A stretch of DNA of 64,000 nt from assembly GCA_001683985.1 (NCBI GenBank), contig MAEO01000003.1, positions 5,505-69,504 on the forward strand, written 5' to 3'. Below the pieces are notes generated by a model that saw only the letters and a program-made list of their open reading frames with translations, was not told the DNA's origin and made no database searches. Each line of letters begins with the position of its first letter. Positions within the stretch are counted from its first letter, which is position 1. Position numbers and translations under genes: made by a program. The stretch comes from Smithella sp. M82 (lineage in GTDB: Bacteria; Desulfobacterota; Syntrophia; Syntrophales; Smithellaceae). Shown here piece by piece: positions 29,406-37,336 of this stretch.

Positions 29406-30689
29406 TCAAAGATTCTTTAATGTTTTGGAACACGCATCAATCGTTTTATCAATATCTTTTTCGGTATGAGCAAAGGATAGAAATCCTGCTTCAAGCTGGG
29501 ACGGCGCAAGCCAGATGCCGTTTTTCAGCATACCATGGAAGAAACAGGCGAACATTGCCGTGTCTGATTTTTGAGCAGCGCTTAAATCATACACAGGGCC
29601 CGGCTGGAAAAAAATAGTAAACATGGAATGAACTTGATTTATGCAAACAGCAATGCCTTTAGATACAAACAAATTTTTTATTTCTGTTAACAATCTCCCG
29701 GTTTTTCTATCCAATGATGAAAAAGTGGTTTTTCTTGTTTTAAGAATATTAAGAGTGGTTAAGCCGGCGCTCATCGCCAAAGGATTTCCGGAAAGAGTCC
29801 CCGCTTGATAAATATTCCCAGCGGGAGACAGTTTTTCCATGATTTCTTTTTTCCCGCCAACGGCGCCGACGGGCATTCCTCCGCCAATGATTTTGCCCAG
29901 ACAGGTCAAGTCCGGCTTAATGCCTATTAAATTCTGATAGCCTCCAAAAGTAAAACGAAAGCCGGTGATTACTTCGTCAAAGATTAATATTATACCATAT
30001 TTTGCTGTAAGCTTTCTGAGTTTGTTCAAGAATCCTTTTTGTGGGGGAACAACTCCCATGTTGCCTGCCACAGGTTCAACAATAATTGCAGCAAGCTTTG
30101 GACCATAGGCCTCTATCGTGGTCTTAAGTGCGTCAATATCGTTATACGGTAAATTCAGTGTCAAACCGGCAATTTCTGCCGGAATTCCAGGTGATCCCGG
30201 AATTCCAAAAGTTGCAACACCTGATCCTGCTTTAATCAGAAGAGAGTCATTATGACCGTGATAACAGCCGTCAAACTTCGCTATCAAATTCCGACCGGTA
30301 TAGCCGCGAGCCAAACGTATTGCAGTCATAGTCGCTTCCGTACCGGAGGAGGTCAATCGTATAAGTTCCATTGATGGAATGGCCTCGGAAATCAGTTCTG
30401 CCATTTGTGTTTCCGCTTCGGTTGGCGCACCGAAACTGGTTCCCTTCATGGCTTTGCTGCAAATAGCTTTTGATACTTTGGAATGGGCATGCCCAAGAAT
30501 CATCGGTCCCCAGGAAAGAACATAGTCAATATATTCTTTGCCGGATACATCATAAATTTTGCTTCCATTTGCATGGCTTACAAAAACAGGTTGCCCGCCT
30601 ACTGATTTCCATGCACGAACCGGGGAATTAACTCCACCGGGAATTACTTTACAAGCTTTGGAAAAATAATTTGACCTGTTTCTACTCAC
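29406..30689 (-). CDS. hemL: Glutamate-1-semialdehyde 2,1-aminomutase
   Basis: 427-aa ORF with a GTG start, the N-terminus PGGVNSPVRAW and LIFDEVITGFR. The PLP-Lys region reads LTCLGKIIGGG. Confidence 0.95.
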   Translation of the reverse strand: MSRNRSNYFSKACKVIPGGVNSPVRAWKSVGGQPVFVSHANGSKIYDVSGKEYIDYVLSWGPMILGHAHSKVSKAICSKAMKGTSFGAPTEAETQMAELISEAIPSMELIRLTSSGTEATMTAIRLARGYTGRNLIAKFDGCYHGHNDSLLIKAGSGVATFGIPGSPGIPAEIAGLTLNLPYNDIDALKTTIEAYGPKLAAIIVEPVAGNMGVVPPQKGFLNKLRKLTAKYGIILIFDEVITGFRFTFGGYQNLIGIKPDLTCLGKIIGGGMPVGAVGGKKEIMEKLSPAGNIYQAGTLSGNPLAMSAGLTTLNILKTRKTTFSSLDRKTGRLLTEIKNLFVSKGIAVCINQVHSMFTIFFQPGPVYDLSAAQKSDTAMFACFFHGMLKNGIWLAPSQLEAGFLSFAHTEKDIDKTIDACSKTLKNL

Positions 30690-31156
30690 GAGAAATACTC
30701 CGGAGATTTTTTTTTGTATTCCTGAATGCTTTCCAATATCAGATAGTCGTCAATGCCTGCTGCTTTTGCCATATCGCGGATCAGCGGCAAAATGTTTTCG
30801 TCCTTAGAATGAATCATGGTAAACAGATTGTATTTCCCCTTGAAGGCAGGATTTCTTTCATAACAATGGGAGACAAAACTATAGGAGGATAGAATTTTAC
30901 CGGTTTGTTCTGCCTGCTTAGCAGGTACAGACCATACTACCAGCGCATTTTTCGTGTAGCCTGCTTTTTGATGACGAAGCGCTGCACCGAATCTGCGGAT
31001 AATATTTTCTTTAAAAAGTTCTGTAATAATGGTTAATACTTCTTTGCCGGTTAATCCGCAAGATTCACCAATTTTATCAAAAGGAGATTTTGCCGCTGCC
31101 AAGTCTTTTTGGATCAGACGTGCAACTTTATTTTGTTTTTCAGTTAATTTTCTCAT
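30686..31156 (-). CDS. Siroheme decarboxylase subunit (AhbA/AhbB, NirD/L/G/H-like, Lrp/AsnC fold)
   Basis: The start is moved to the ATG at 31156 (MRKLTEKQNKVARLIQKDL...SPFDKIGESCGL...). Motifs ALRHQKAGYTKNALVVW, VSHCYER and YNLFTMIH are typical of this family. The stop overlaps the hemL GTG by 4 nt. Confidence 0.75.
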   Translation of the reverse strand: MRKLTEKQNKVARLIQKDLAAAKSPFDKIGESCGLTGKEVLTIITELFKENIIRRFGAALRHQKAGYTKNALVVWSVPAKQAEQTGKILSSYSFVSHCYERNPAFKGKYNLFTMIHSKDENILPLIRDMAKAAGIDDYLILESIQEYKKKSPEYFS

Positions 31157-31219
31157 CAAATAAATATTATACTGCTTAAGAAATAAAATCAAGTTGCCTG
31201 TTGTATGTGTAAATTTTTC

Positions 31220-31248
31220 TTGACAATCCCCTATTGCATCGTTAAAAG
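31220..31248 (+). promoter_or_regulatory. Candidate sigma70-type promoter for atpE (TTGACA, 17-nt spacer, TAAAAG)
   Basis: TTGACA lies at 31220-31225 and TAAAAG at 31243-31248, about 100 nt upstream of the atpE ATG. This is a sequence match only. Confidence 0.35.
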
Positions 31249-31349
31249 TAAACAACTCAAAGTCCAAAAGGCTTTAATAAAAAAGGGAGGTGGATAATAA
31301 ATAATTAAGCAAGAGGTTTTTGAGTATTAATTCAACAAGGAGATTTTAA

Positions 31350-31721
31350 ATGAAAAAAAGTTTAGTTTATGTTTTGTCGGCGATGGTCATGGTTATAATT
31401 AGTGCTTCTTTTGCTTTTGCAGCGCCGGAAGCGGCAGCAGCAGCAGCGGGAACTGTTGATTACACAAAAGCTATTATAATCGGTTGCTCAATAATTGGAG
31501 CAGGTCTGGCTATCGCTTTTGGAACAATTGGAACAGGTAATGGTATGGGCGCTGGCTTAAATGGCGCAACAAATGCAGTTGGTAGAAATCCTGAAGCTCA
31601 GGGTAAAATTCTTTTAACTATGATGGTCGGTCTTGCTATGATTGAATCTCTGGCCATTTATGCGCTGGTTATAGCGTTGATTCTGCTTTACGCCAATCCG
31701 CTTTTGAAATATCTAAACTAA
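31350..31721 (+). CDS. atpE: F-type ATP synthase subunit c with an N-terminal signal-peptide-like extension
   Basis: 123-aa ORF. The C-terminal ~80 aa form a c-subunit hairpin (GAGLAIAFGTIGTGNGMG ... GRNPEAQGKILLTMMVGLAMIESLAIYALVIALIL, with the carboxylate E in MIESLAIY). The first ~25 aa (MKKSLVYVLSAMVMVIISASFAFA/AP) look like a cleavable signal peptide. Confidence 0.9.
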   Translation: MKKSLVYVLSAMVMVIISASFAFAAPEAAAAAAGTVDYTKAIIIGCSIIGAGLAIAFGTIGTGNGMGAGLNGATNAVGRNPEAQGKILLTMMVGLAMIESLAIYALVIALILLYANPLLKYLN

Positions 31722-31745
31722 AAATTATTGCTATTATCATAGGGA

Positions 31746-31780
31746 GGGGGAGCGTGCATCGACTTTCTCTCCCTTTTTTT
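31746..31780 (+). terminator. Rho-independent terminator after atpE
   Basis: GGGGGAG (31746-31752) pairs with CTCTCCC (31767-31773) over 7 bp including one G-U pair. Seven T residues follow at 31774-31780. Confidence 0.65.
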
Positions 31781-32195
31781 ATTCCTCTATAACAACTCTA
31801 CCGCGTAAAACTTTTTTTTCTGCCTGCTGATGTTTTGCTGTAAGTATTTTCTCTTTAGCCCTTTTGCTGCGTTTTCTTTTTTGACGGCGAATTTTTTCCA
31901 GTCTTTCTTTTTCTTCAGCGATAAAACCTTTTTGTAGTTTTTCAATTTTATCCAGTAGTAATCTTCGGGCAAGAAAACGATTTAATGATTGGGAGCGCTC
32001 CCTCTGACATTTGACTGAAAGACCGGTTGGAATGTGAATCAAATAAACACAGGAAGAGCTTTTATTGATTTTTTGTCCGCCGGGACCGGAAGAACGTATA
32101 AAAGATTCCTTAAAATCAGTTTCCGACACGCCAAGAGTATGCATCCTGTCGATTAGAGCTTTTTCTTTGTCGGAAGAGACAGGCATAAATTTCAC
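31779..32195 (-). CDS. arfB: ArfB-like peptidyl-tRNA hydrolase (class I release-factor-like GGQ protein)
   Basis: 138-aa ORF with the SGPGGQKINK GGQ motif and a very basic C-terminal tail (RRQKRKRSKRAKEK). Size and architecture match ArfB/YaeJ. The start is GTG at 32195 or ATG at 32186. Confidence 0.8.
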   Translation of the reverse strand: MKFMPVSSDKEKALIDRMHTLGVSETDFKESFIRSSGPGGQKINKSSSCVYLIHIPTGLSVKCQRERSQSLNRFLARRLLLDKIEKLQKGFIAEEKERLEKIRRQKRKRSKRAKEKILTAKHQQAEKKVLRGRVVIEE

Positions 32196-32202
32196 GATCA
32201 GA

Positions 32203-32634
32203 TCATGGAATTGAATAAATTTCGTCGCCGATTAAGTTTATCCAGTGTTCCATAAGTATTTCTTTTGCTTCTTCCAGTTTATCTACACCGATGATAAGTA
32301 TAGTTTCTCTACCGATGCGATTGATGGTTGTGTAAAGATAATGGATATTAATATCTGCTTTGGCCAGCGGCTTTAATATGGCGTTCATGCCGCCGGCATG
32401 TAAAGGAACTTCTGCCGCCAAAACAGGAGTTACTTCAATATTTAAATTATAACTTTCCAGTAGCGCCGCGGCGCGGTCAGGATCATTGACTACCAGCCGA
32501 ACTCTGCTGTCTTCGGCGATACTGGCGGCTGATACAGCTTTTACACTGATATCTTCCGAATCAAGGATATGTGTAAGGGCGGCAAAAGATCCCGGCACAT
32601 TACCAAGTAATACGGAAATTTGTTTAACGGACAT
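32203..32634 (-). CDS. Tandem ACT-domain protein
   Basis: 143-aa ORF with two ACT-like beta-alpha-beta-beta-alpha-beta units (ISVLLGNVPGSFAALTHIL... and AAEVPLHAGGMNAILKPLAKADINI...), directly downstream of the kor genes. Confidence 0.75.
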   Translation of the reverse strand: MSVKQISVLLGNVPGSFAALTHILDSEDISVKAVSAASIAEDSRVRLVVNDPDRAAALLESYNLNIEVTPVLAAEVPLHAGGMNAILKPLAKADINIHYLYTTINRIGRETILIIGVDKLEEAKEILMEHWINLIGDEIYSIP

Positions 32635-32638
32635 AAAA

Positions 32639-33187
32639 TCAACCTTGTTGGTTTTTCAGATAATCAAATCCGGCAGCGAAAGCTTTACGGTTTATTTCCG
32701 CAAGTGATTTTTTACGGCTGCCCATGATAGATTCCAGAGAGTTTAAATAAATTTCAGAAGTAACAATTCCTGTAACTTTTATAAATGCACCCATCATGAT
32801 GATGTTGGCTACACGGATGTTTCCCAGATCCTGAGCGATGTCGGAGCACGGAATGCAGAAAACTTTGACGTCGTGACGATGAGGACGATCATTTGTTATG
32901 GATGAATTCAAAAAAATCGTTCCTTCCACAATAACTTTGTTCTGAAAACTGAAAAGGGAAGGAGAGTTCATCGCCACAAGAAAATTAGGCTCAGAAGCCA
33001 CAGGAGATGCTATTTCTTCGTCGGCTATTGCCACAGTACAGTTGGCGGTTCCACCGCGCATTTCAGCGCCGTATGCCGGAAGGTAAGTTACATGAAATCC
33101 TTTATTCATTCCGCTGTGGGCGAGACTCACCCCCATCATCAAAACGCCCTGACCGCCGAATCCGGAAAAAATAGTTTTGACAATCAT
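32639..33187 (-). CDS. korC: 2-oxoacid:ferredoxin oxidoreductase, gamma subunit
   Basis: 182-aa ORF with FSGFGGQGVLMMG and YGAEMRGGTANC, typical of the POR/KOR gamma subunit. Substrate (2-oxoglutarate versus branched-chain) cannot be resolved from the sequence. Confidence 0.88.
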   Translation of the reverse strand: MIVKTIFSGFGGQGVLMMGVSLAHSGMNKGFHVTYLPAYGAEMRGGTANCTVAIADEEIASPVASEPNFLVAMNSPSLFSFQNKVIVEGTIFLNSSITNDRPHRHDVKVFCIPCSDIAQDLGNIRVANIIMMGAFIKVTGIVTSEIYLNSLESIMGSRKKSLAEINRKAFAAGFDYLKNQQG

Positions 33188-33957
33188 GAGTCCACCTCCG
33201 CAGTTTTTGTTGCCGCGGGAATGTCATCTTTAAATACGCCGGGAGGAAATACCTTGCTCATTACTTCATCAATCCATTTGCAGGAATTGACGGCATTCAT
33301 TTTCCAGTTAGTCGGACAAGGGGAAAGAATTTCAATGAGAGAAAAACCATGTCCGTTGATCTGACATTGAAAGGCTTTCTTGATTGCCTTCTTTGTTTTG
33401 TTTACGTTAGCCGGAGAATTTACCATGCAACGTTCCAGATACGTCACGCCTTGTAACTGAGAAAAAATTTCACTTACTTTTACAGGATAACCATCCAACT
33501 TATTATTTCTTCCCAAAGGAGAAGTGGTTGTCTTTTGCTCCAACATTGTTGTCGGCGCCATCTGTCCGCCCGTCATTCCGTAAACAGCATTATTAATAAA
33601 TATAATTGTTATATTTTCACCGCGGTTTGCGGCATGAAAGCTTTCCGCTATTCCGATTGCCGCCAGATCACCGTCTCCCTGATATGAAAAAACGACACGA
33701 TCAGGCAACGAACGTTTTATTGCCGAGGCCATTGCGGGACCCCGTCCATGCGGCGCTTCGATCATATCCACATCAAAGTAATTGTAAGCCAGAACAGCGC
33801 AGCCTGCAGGCGGCACTCCTATGGTAATTCCCCTGATTCCCAGCTCATCAATAACTTCAGCGATAATTCGGTGAACTATACTGTGTCCGCAACCGGGGCA
33901 ATAATGGAAAACAGCTTCTTTTAAACTTTTTGGCCTTTGATAAACAATTTTTGCCAT
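33184..33957 (-). CDS. korB: 2-oxoacid:ferredoxin oxidoreductase, beta (TPP-binding) subunit
   Basis: 257-aa ORF with CPGCGH near the N-terminus and GDGDLAAIG...NNAVYGMTGGQ, the TPP-binding motif. Confidence 0.92.
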   Translation of the reverse strand: MAKIVYQRPKSLKEAVFHYCPGCGHSIVHRIIAEVIDELGIRGITIGVPPAGCAVLAYNYFDVDMIEAPHGRGPAMASAIKRSLPDRVVFSYQGDGDLAAIGIAESFHAANRGENITIIFINNAVYGMTGGQMAPTTMLEQKTTTSPLGRNNKLDGYPVKVSEIFSQLQGVTYLERCMVNSPANVNKTKKAIKKAFQCQINGHGFSLIEILSPCPTNWKMNAVNSCKWIDEVMSKVFPPGVFKDDIPAATKTAEVDS

Positions 33958-33974
33958 ATTTTATTACCTTGTTA

Positions 33975-35036
33975 TTATTTAACCGTTCTTTCGTAAATCC
34001 TTGCTATAACATTGGCCAGTTCAGCAGGAGTAGGCACAGCGCCGCCGGGTCGTCCGTGAAACCTGATATCGGCATAACCCTGCAGGGCAAGACGTATGTC
34101 TTCCAGCATTTGTCCGGTACTCATTTCGAAAACAAGATAGTTTTTAACTTTTGCCGACAATGATCGCAGTTGCTGTTCGGGGAAAGGCCACAGAGTTACG
34201 GGACGAAAAAGTCCGATGTTCATTCCATTGTTCTGCAGGCGTTTGATTGCTCCTTTGGCTATTCGCGCTGCTGTTCCGTATGCCACGATGATCATTTTTG
34301 CATTGTTGATATTGTATTCTTCATGACGCGGTTCTTTTTTAGAAATGACTTCGTATTTACGAGCCAGTTTCCAGTTATGCTCTTCCATGTCGATGGGATC
34401 CAGAATCAAACCGCGAATGAATTTGCTTTTACCGGAACCGGCGCCTTGCAGCATAAATTTTTTATTGTAAATGCGTGGTTTGGGTTTTTTAAAAGTAACA
34501 GGTTCCATCATCTGACCCATCATGCCGTCAGCAAGAATCATAACAGGATTGCGATATTTGTCGGCAAGATCAAAAGCCGCCATTGTCAGGTCAGCCAGTT
34601 CCTGACAGGTTGCCGGAGCTAAAACGATAGTGCGGTAATCTCCGTGTCCGCCGCCGCGTGTTGCCTGAAAATAATCACCTTGTGAAGGGCGGATATTACC
34701 TAAACCGGGACCGCCACGCATAATATTGACAACGACGCCGGGAAGTTCGCATGCCGCCATTGAAGAAATACCTTCCTGCTTCAACGAAATGCCGGGACTG
34801 GACGATGAAGTCATTGCCCTTAGACCGGCAGCGCTTGCGCCGGCAATCATATTTATAGCGACGATTTCGCTTTCGGATTGAATAAAAATGCCGCCTTCGG
34901 CTTTGCGCATATGTTCCGCCATGTATTCCGGGATCTCATTCTGAGGCGTAATCGGATAACCGGCATAAAAACGGCATCCGGCCCTTATCGCCGCCTCACA
35001 GATGATGAAATTTCCGGACATCAATACTTTATTCAC
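33975..35036 (-). CDS. korA: 2-oxoacid:ferredoxin oxidoreductase, alpha subunit
   Basis: The start is set to GTG at 35036, which overlaps the delta-subunit stop (an alternative ATG lies at 35021). The product has MSGNFIICEAAIRAGCRFYAGYPITPQNEI, typical of the alpha subunit. Confidence 0.92.
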   Translation of the reverse strand: MNKVLMSGNFIICEAAIRAGCRFYAGYPITPQNEIPEYMAEHMRKAEGGIFIQSESEIVAINMIAGASAAGLRAMTSSSSPGISLKQEGISSMAACELPGVVVNIMRGGPGLGNIRPSQGDYFQATRGGGHGDYRTIVLAPATCQELADLTMAAFDLADKYRNPVMILADGMMGQMMEPVTFKKPKPRIYNKKFMLQGAGSGKSKFIRGLILDPIDMEEHNWKLARKYEVISKKEPRHEEYNINNAKMIIVAYGTAARIAKGAIKRLQNNGMNIGLFRPVTLWPFPEQQLRSLSAKVKNYLVFEMSTGQMLEDIRLALQGYADIRFHGRPGGAVPTPAELANVIARIYERTVK

Positions 35037-35238
35037 GGTAAACCTCGATAGCTGCTTCCGGACATATAGTGGCGCATATGCCGCAACCGGTGCATTCTTT
35101 TTCTTCATTTATACCGACAGGATGATAACTATAGAAATTGTATTCCTTAGTGGTCATAATATGACCTTTGGGACAAAAATGGATGCAAAGCAGACATTCC
35201 TTGCATATTTCCCTGTTAATTTTAATATATCCCTTCAA
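35029..35238 (-). CDS. korD: 2-oxoacid:ferredoxin oxidoreductase, delta subunit (2x[4Fe-4S] ferredoxin)
   Basis: 69-aa ORF with a TTG start after GAGG and two CxxCxxCxxxCP motifs (CKECLLCIHFCP and CTGCGICATICP). Confidence 0.85.
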   Translation of the reverse strand: MKGYIKINREICKECLLCIHFCPKGHIMTTKEYNFYSYHPVGINEEKECTGCGICATICPEAAIEVYRE

Positions 35239-35327
35239 AACTCAACCTCAAAAAAATTTCGGACACGGAATCTTGCTCATAATTGACAGAAAGTCAAGTA
35301 TTTTCAGCGAAGGTCATTGATTCGACT

Positions 35328-35362
35328 AACAGGTATTATTCGCTTTACTTGAAATACCTGTT
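35328..35362 (-). other. 10-bp perfect stem-loop just after the NusG-paralog stop
   Basis: AACAGGTATT (35328-35337) pairs with AATACCTGTT (35353-35362) across a 15-nt loop. No U-run follows, so it is not a canonical intrinsic terminator. Confidence 0.4.
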
Positions 35363-35370
35363 TCTCATTA

Positions 35371-35874
35371 TCAAATTTTACTTATTTGAAATCCTTTTAT
35401 TTGTATTGCAACAGATCTGTGTAATAATTCTATGGATACAACAAAAAGCTCTTTTTTAACATTACTTTTAACAACAACACCTTCAATGCCCGCAAAAGGT
35501 CCGTCAATTATCCGGGCTGATTCACCTTCGCGGGGAAATTGAATGGTAAAAATTTCTGTTTTTGAATTTACAAAACGTCGTATGGCATCAATCTCGTTAT
35601 CCGGCACCGGAATTGACACGGTATTTCCTTTTTCCCCTAAAATTTTTACGACACCGGCGGTTTTTAAAATGGAAAGCTTGCTTTCATTATCAAAGTCATT
35701 AAAATAAACGAAAACATAACCGGGAAAAAGAGGAAGAAGAATTTTCCTCCTCCTGTCTTTTTGCTTGCTCCATGATTCTATCTCAGGTAAAAAAGTCTTT
35801 ATATTTTTTTGAATAAGACGCGTATTGACTTTGTATTCGTGACGGCTTCTTGTATGTACGACGTACCAGGGCAT
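35371..35874 (-). CDS. Specialised NusG paralog (RfaH/UpxY/TaA/LoaP-like transcription antiterminator)
   Basis: 167-aa ORF with an NGN domain (MPWYVVHTRSRHEYKV...LPLFPGYVFV) and a KOW motif (IIDGPFAGIEGVVV). It is not in a secE-nusG-rplK context, so it is a paralog rather than housekeeping NusG. Confidence 0.85.
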   Translation of the reverse strand: MPWYVVHTRSRHEYKVNTRLIQKNIKTFLPEIESWSKQKDRRRKILLPLFPGYVFVYFNDFDNESKLSILKTAGVVKILGEKGNTVSIPVPDNEIDAIRRFVNSKTEIFTIQFPREGESARIIDGPFAGIEGVVVKSNVKKELFVVSIELLHRSVAIQIKGFQISKI

Positions 35875-35944
35875 TATAATAAACCTTTATGACTGATTGT
35901 TGGTGAAATTATAATATTTATGTGCTTTATGCAATACAGAAATA

Positions 35945-36157
35945 ATGAAGATTATACGGCTTAATGGAATTAAATTGGATTTGAATGAGACCGAAAAACC
36001 GCTGGCAGTAAAAGCTGCAGCGATTTTGGGTATCGCCACTGATGATATTATTGCTTTGGACATCATGAAAAAAGCATTGGATGCCCGTCATCACAAGCCG
36101 CCTCATTTTGTTTATGCTCTTAGAATAGAAGTGTTTAGATTAATCGGCTATCGATAA
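35945..36157 (+). pseudogene. N-terminal remnant (about 63 codons) of a COG2509-type FAD-dependent protein gene
   Basis: MKIIRLNGIKLDLNETEKPLAVKAAAILGIATDDIIALDIMKKALDARHHKPPHFVYALRIEV matches my memory of the N-terminal domain of ~530-aa proteins annotated as NAD(FAD)-utilizing dehydrogenases. The frame then runs into the convergent ribD 3' end and stops. Confidence 0.5.
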
Positions 36158-37226
36158 TAATATCATTACCGTGCCTGGATACCTTTTGAACAAATAATTT
36201 TTTTGCACAGTCCAGGTTTCTGATATTAAGATCTCCAACTGCTTCAATGCCTTTACCGATAATTTTCGGTGCGACAACAACTACTAAGCGGTTAGCCAAA
36301 TTGTCTTTTAGTACGGAAGTGATTATCCGAGAGCCTCCTTCAATCAAGATTGATGATATTTTTTTTGCAGCGAGTATTTTAAGTAATTTTTTTAAATCGA
36401 CTTTTCCTTCTTTATCGGCTTTTACTGTTACTATTTGAACACCGGAAGAAGCAATATTTTCGAATTGGGCGTTATCAGGTTTTTTAGTTGTGGCAATAAG
36501 AGTGGGCGCTTTGGAAATATTCTGCAATACTTTAGCTGCAGGAGAAATATTTAAATCGGAATCAACAATAACGCGCAGAGGATTTCGACCTTTTATTAGT
36601 CGCACCGTTAGTTCAGGATTATCTTTGAACACTGTATTGCGGCCGACTAAAATGGCGTCATGTTCCGCTCTGAGCTGATGAGCAAATTTCAAAGAAGCCG
36701 GCGAGCTTATCCATTTTGATTCACCTGTGGCGGTTGCTATTCGGCCATCCAGTGCTTGAGCGTATTTTACAGTGATGTAAGGCATTCCTGTTTCCATGAA
36801 ATAAAAAAACTTTTCGTTGAGCTGACGGCATTCCTTTTCCAAAACGCCGGTTTTTACTTCAATGCCACAAGCTTGCAGACAATTAATGCCCCGGAAAGAG
36901 ACAAGAGGGTTGGAATCTGCCGTGCCGATCACAACACGAGCAATTTTATGTTTAATGATGCTTTCCGTGCATGGAAGTGTTTTCCCTTTGTGACAACATG
37001 GTTCTAAATTGACATAAAGTGTTGAGCCGGTGATATCTTCCCTGGCGTTAGTGATGGCATTTATTTCAGCGTGATTTCCACCGAATCTTTTATGGTAGCC
37101 TTGTCCTATAATCCTGCCGTTTTTAACAATTACAGCGCCGACCATAGGATTAGGTCCTACATAAAAGCGACCCTTGCGTGCCAGTCTGATAGCCAGTTGC
37201 ATATAATATTCGTCACTCATAAACAA
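36135..37226 (-). CDS. ribD: Bifunctional riboflavin biosynthesis deaminase/reductase
   Basis: 363-aa ORF with a CMP/dCMP-type deaminase zinc site (HAEINA ... PCCHKGKTLPC) followed by a RibD_C reductase domain. Confidence 0.95.
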   Translation of the reverse strand: MFMSDEYYMQLAIRLARKGRFYVGPNPMVGAVIVKNGRIIGQGYHKRFGGNHAEINAITNAREDITGSTLYVNLEPCCHKGKTLPCTESIIKHKIARVVIGTADSNPLVSFRGINCLQACGIEVKTGVLEKECRQLNEKFFYFMETGMPYITVKYAQALDGRIATATGESKWISSPASLKFAHQLRAEHDAILVGRNTVFKDNPELTVRLIKGRNPLRVIVDSDLNISPAAKVLQNISKAPTLIATTKKPDNAQFENIASSGVQIVTVKADKEGKVDLKKLLKILAAKKISSILIEGGSRIITSVLKDNLANRLVVVVAPKIIGKGIEAVGDLNIRNLDCAKKLFVQKVSRHGNDIIIDSRLI

Positions 37227-37336
37227 AATAACTACCTCATTACCATTTAAGATGCAAAGAAATTTATTGTAGATAATTATTTAAATATGATAAGAAAATA
37301 AAAATTTTAAAAATAAATTCAATTTAAGGAGAAAGC

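Noticed and set aside
37227-37336. Expected FMN (RFN) riboswitch upstream of ribD
   Set aside because: The 110-nt upstream region is A+T-rich. It lacks the conserved RFN elements and any multi-stem junction.
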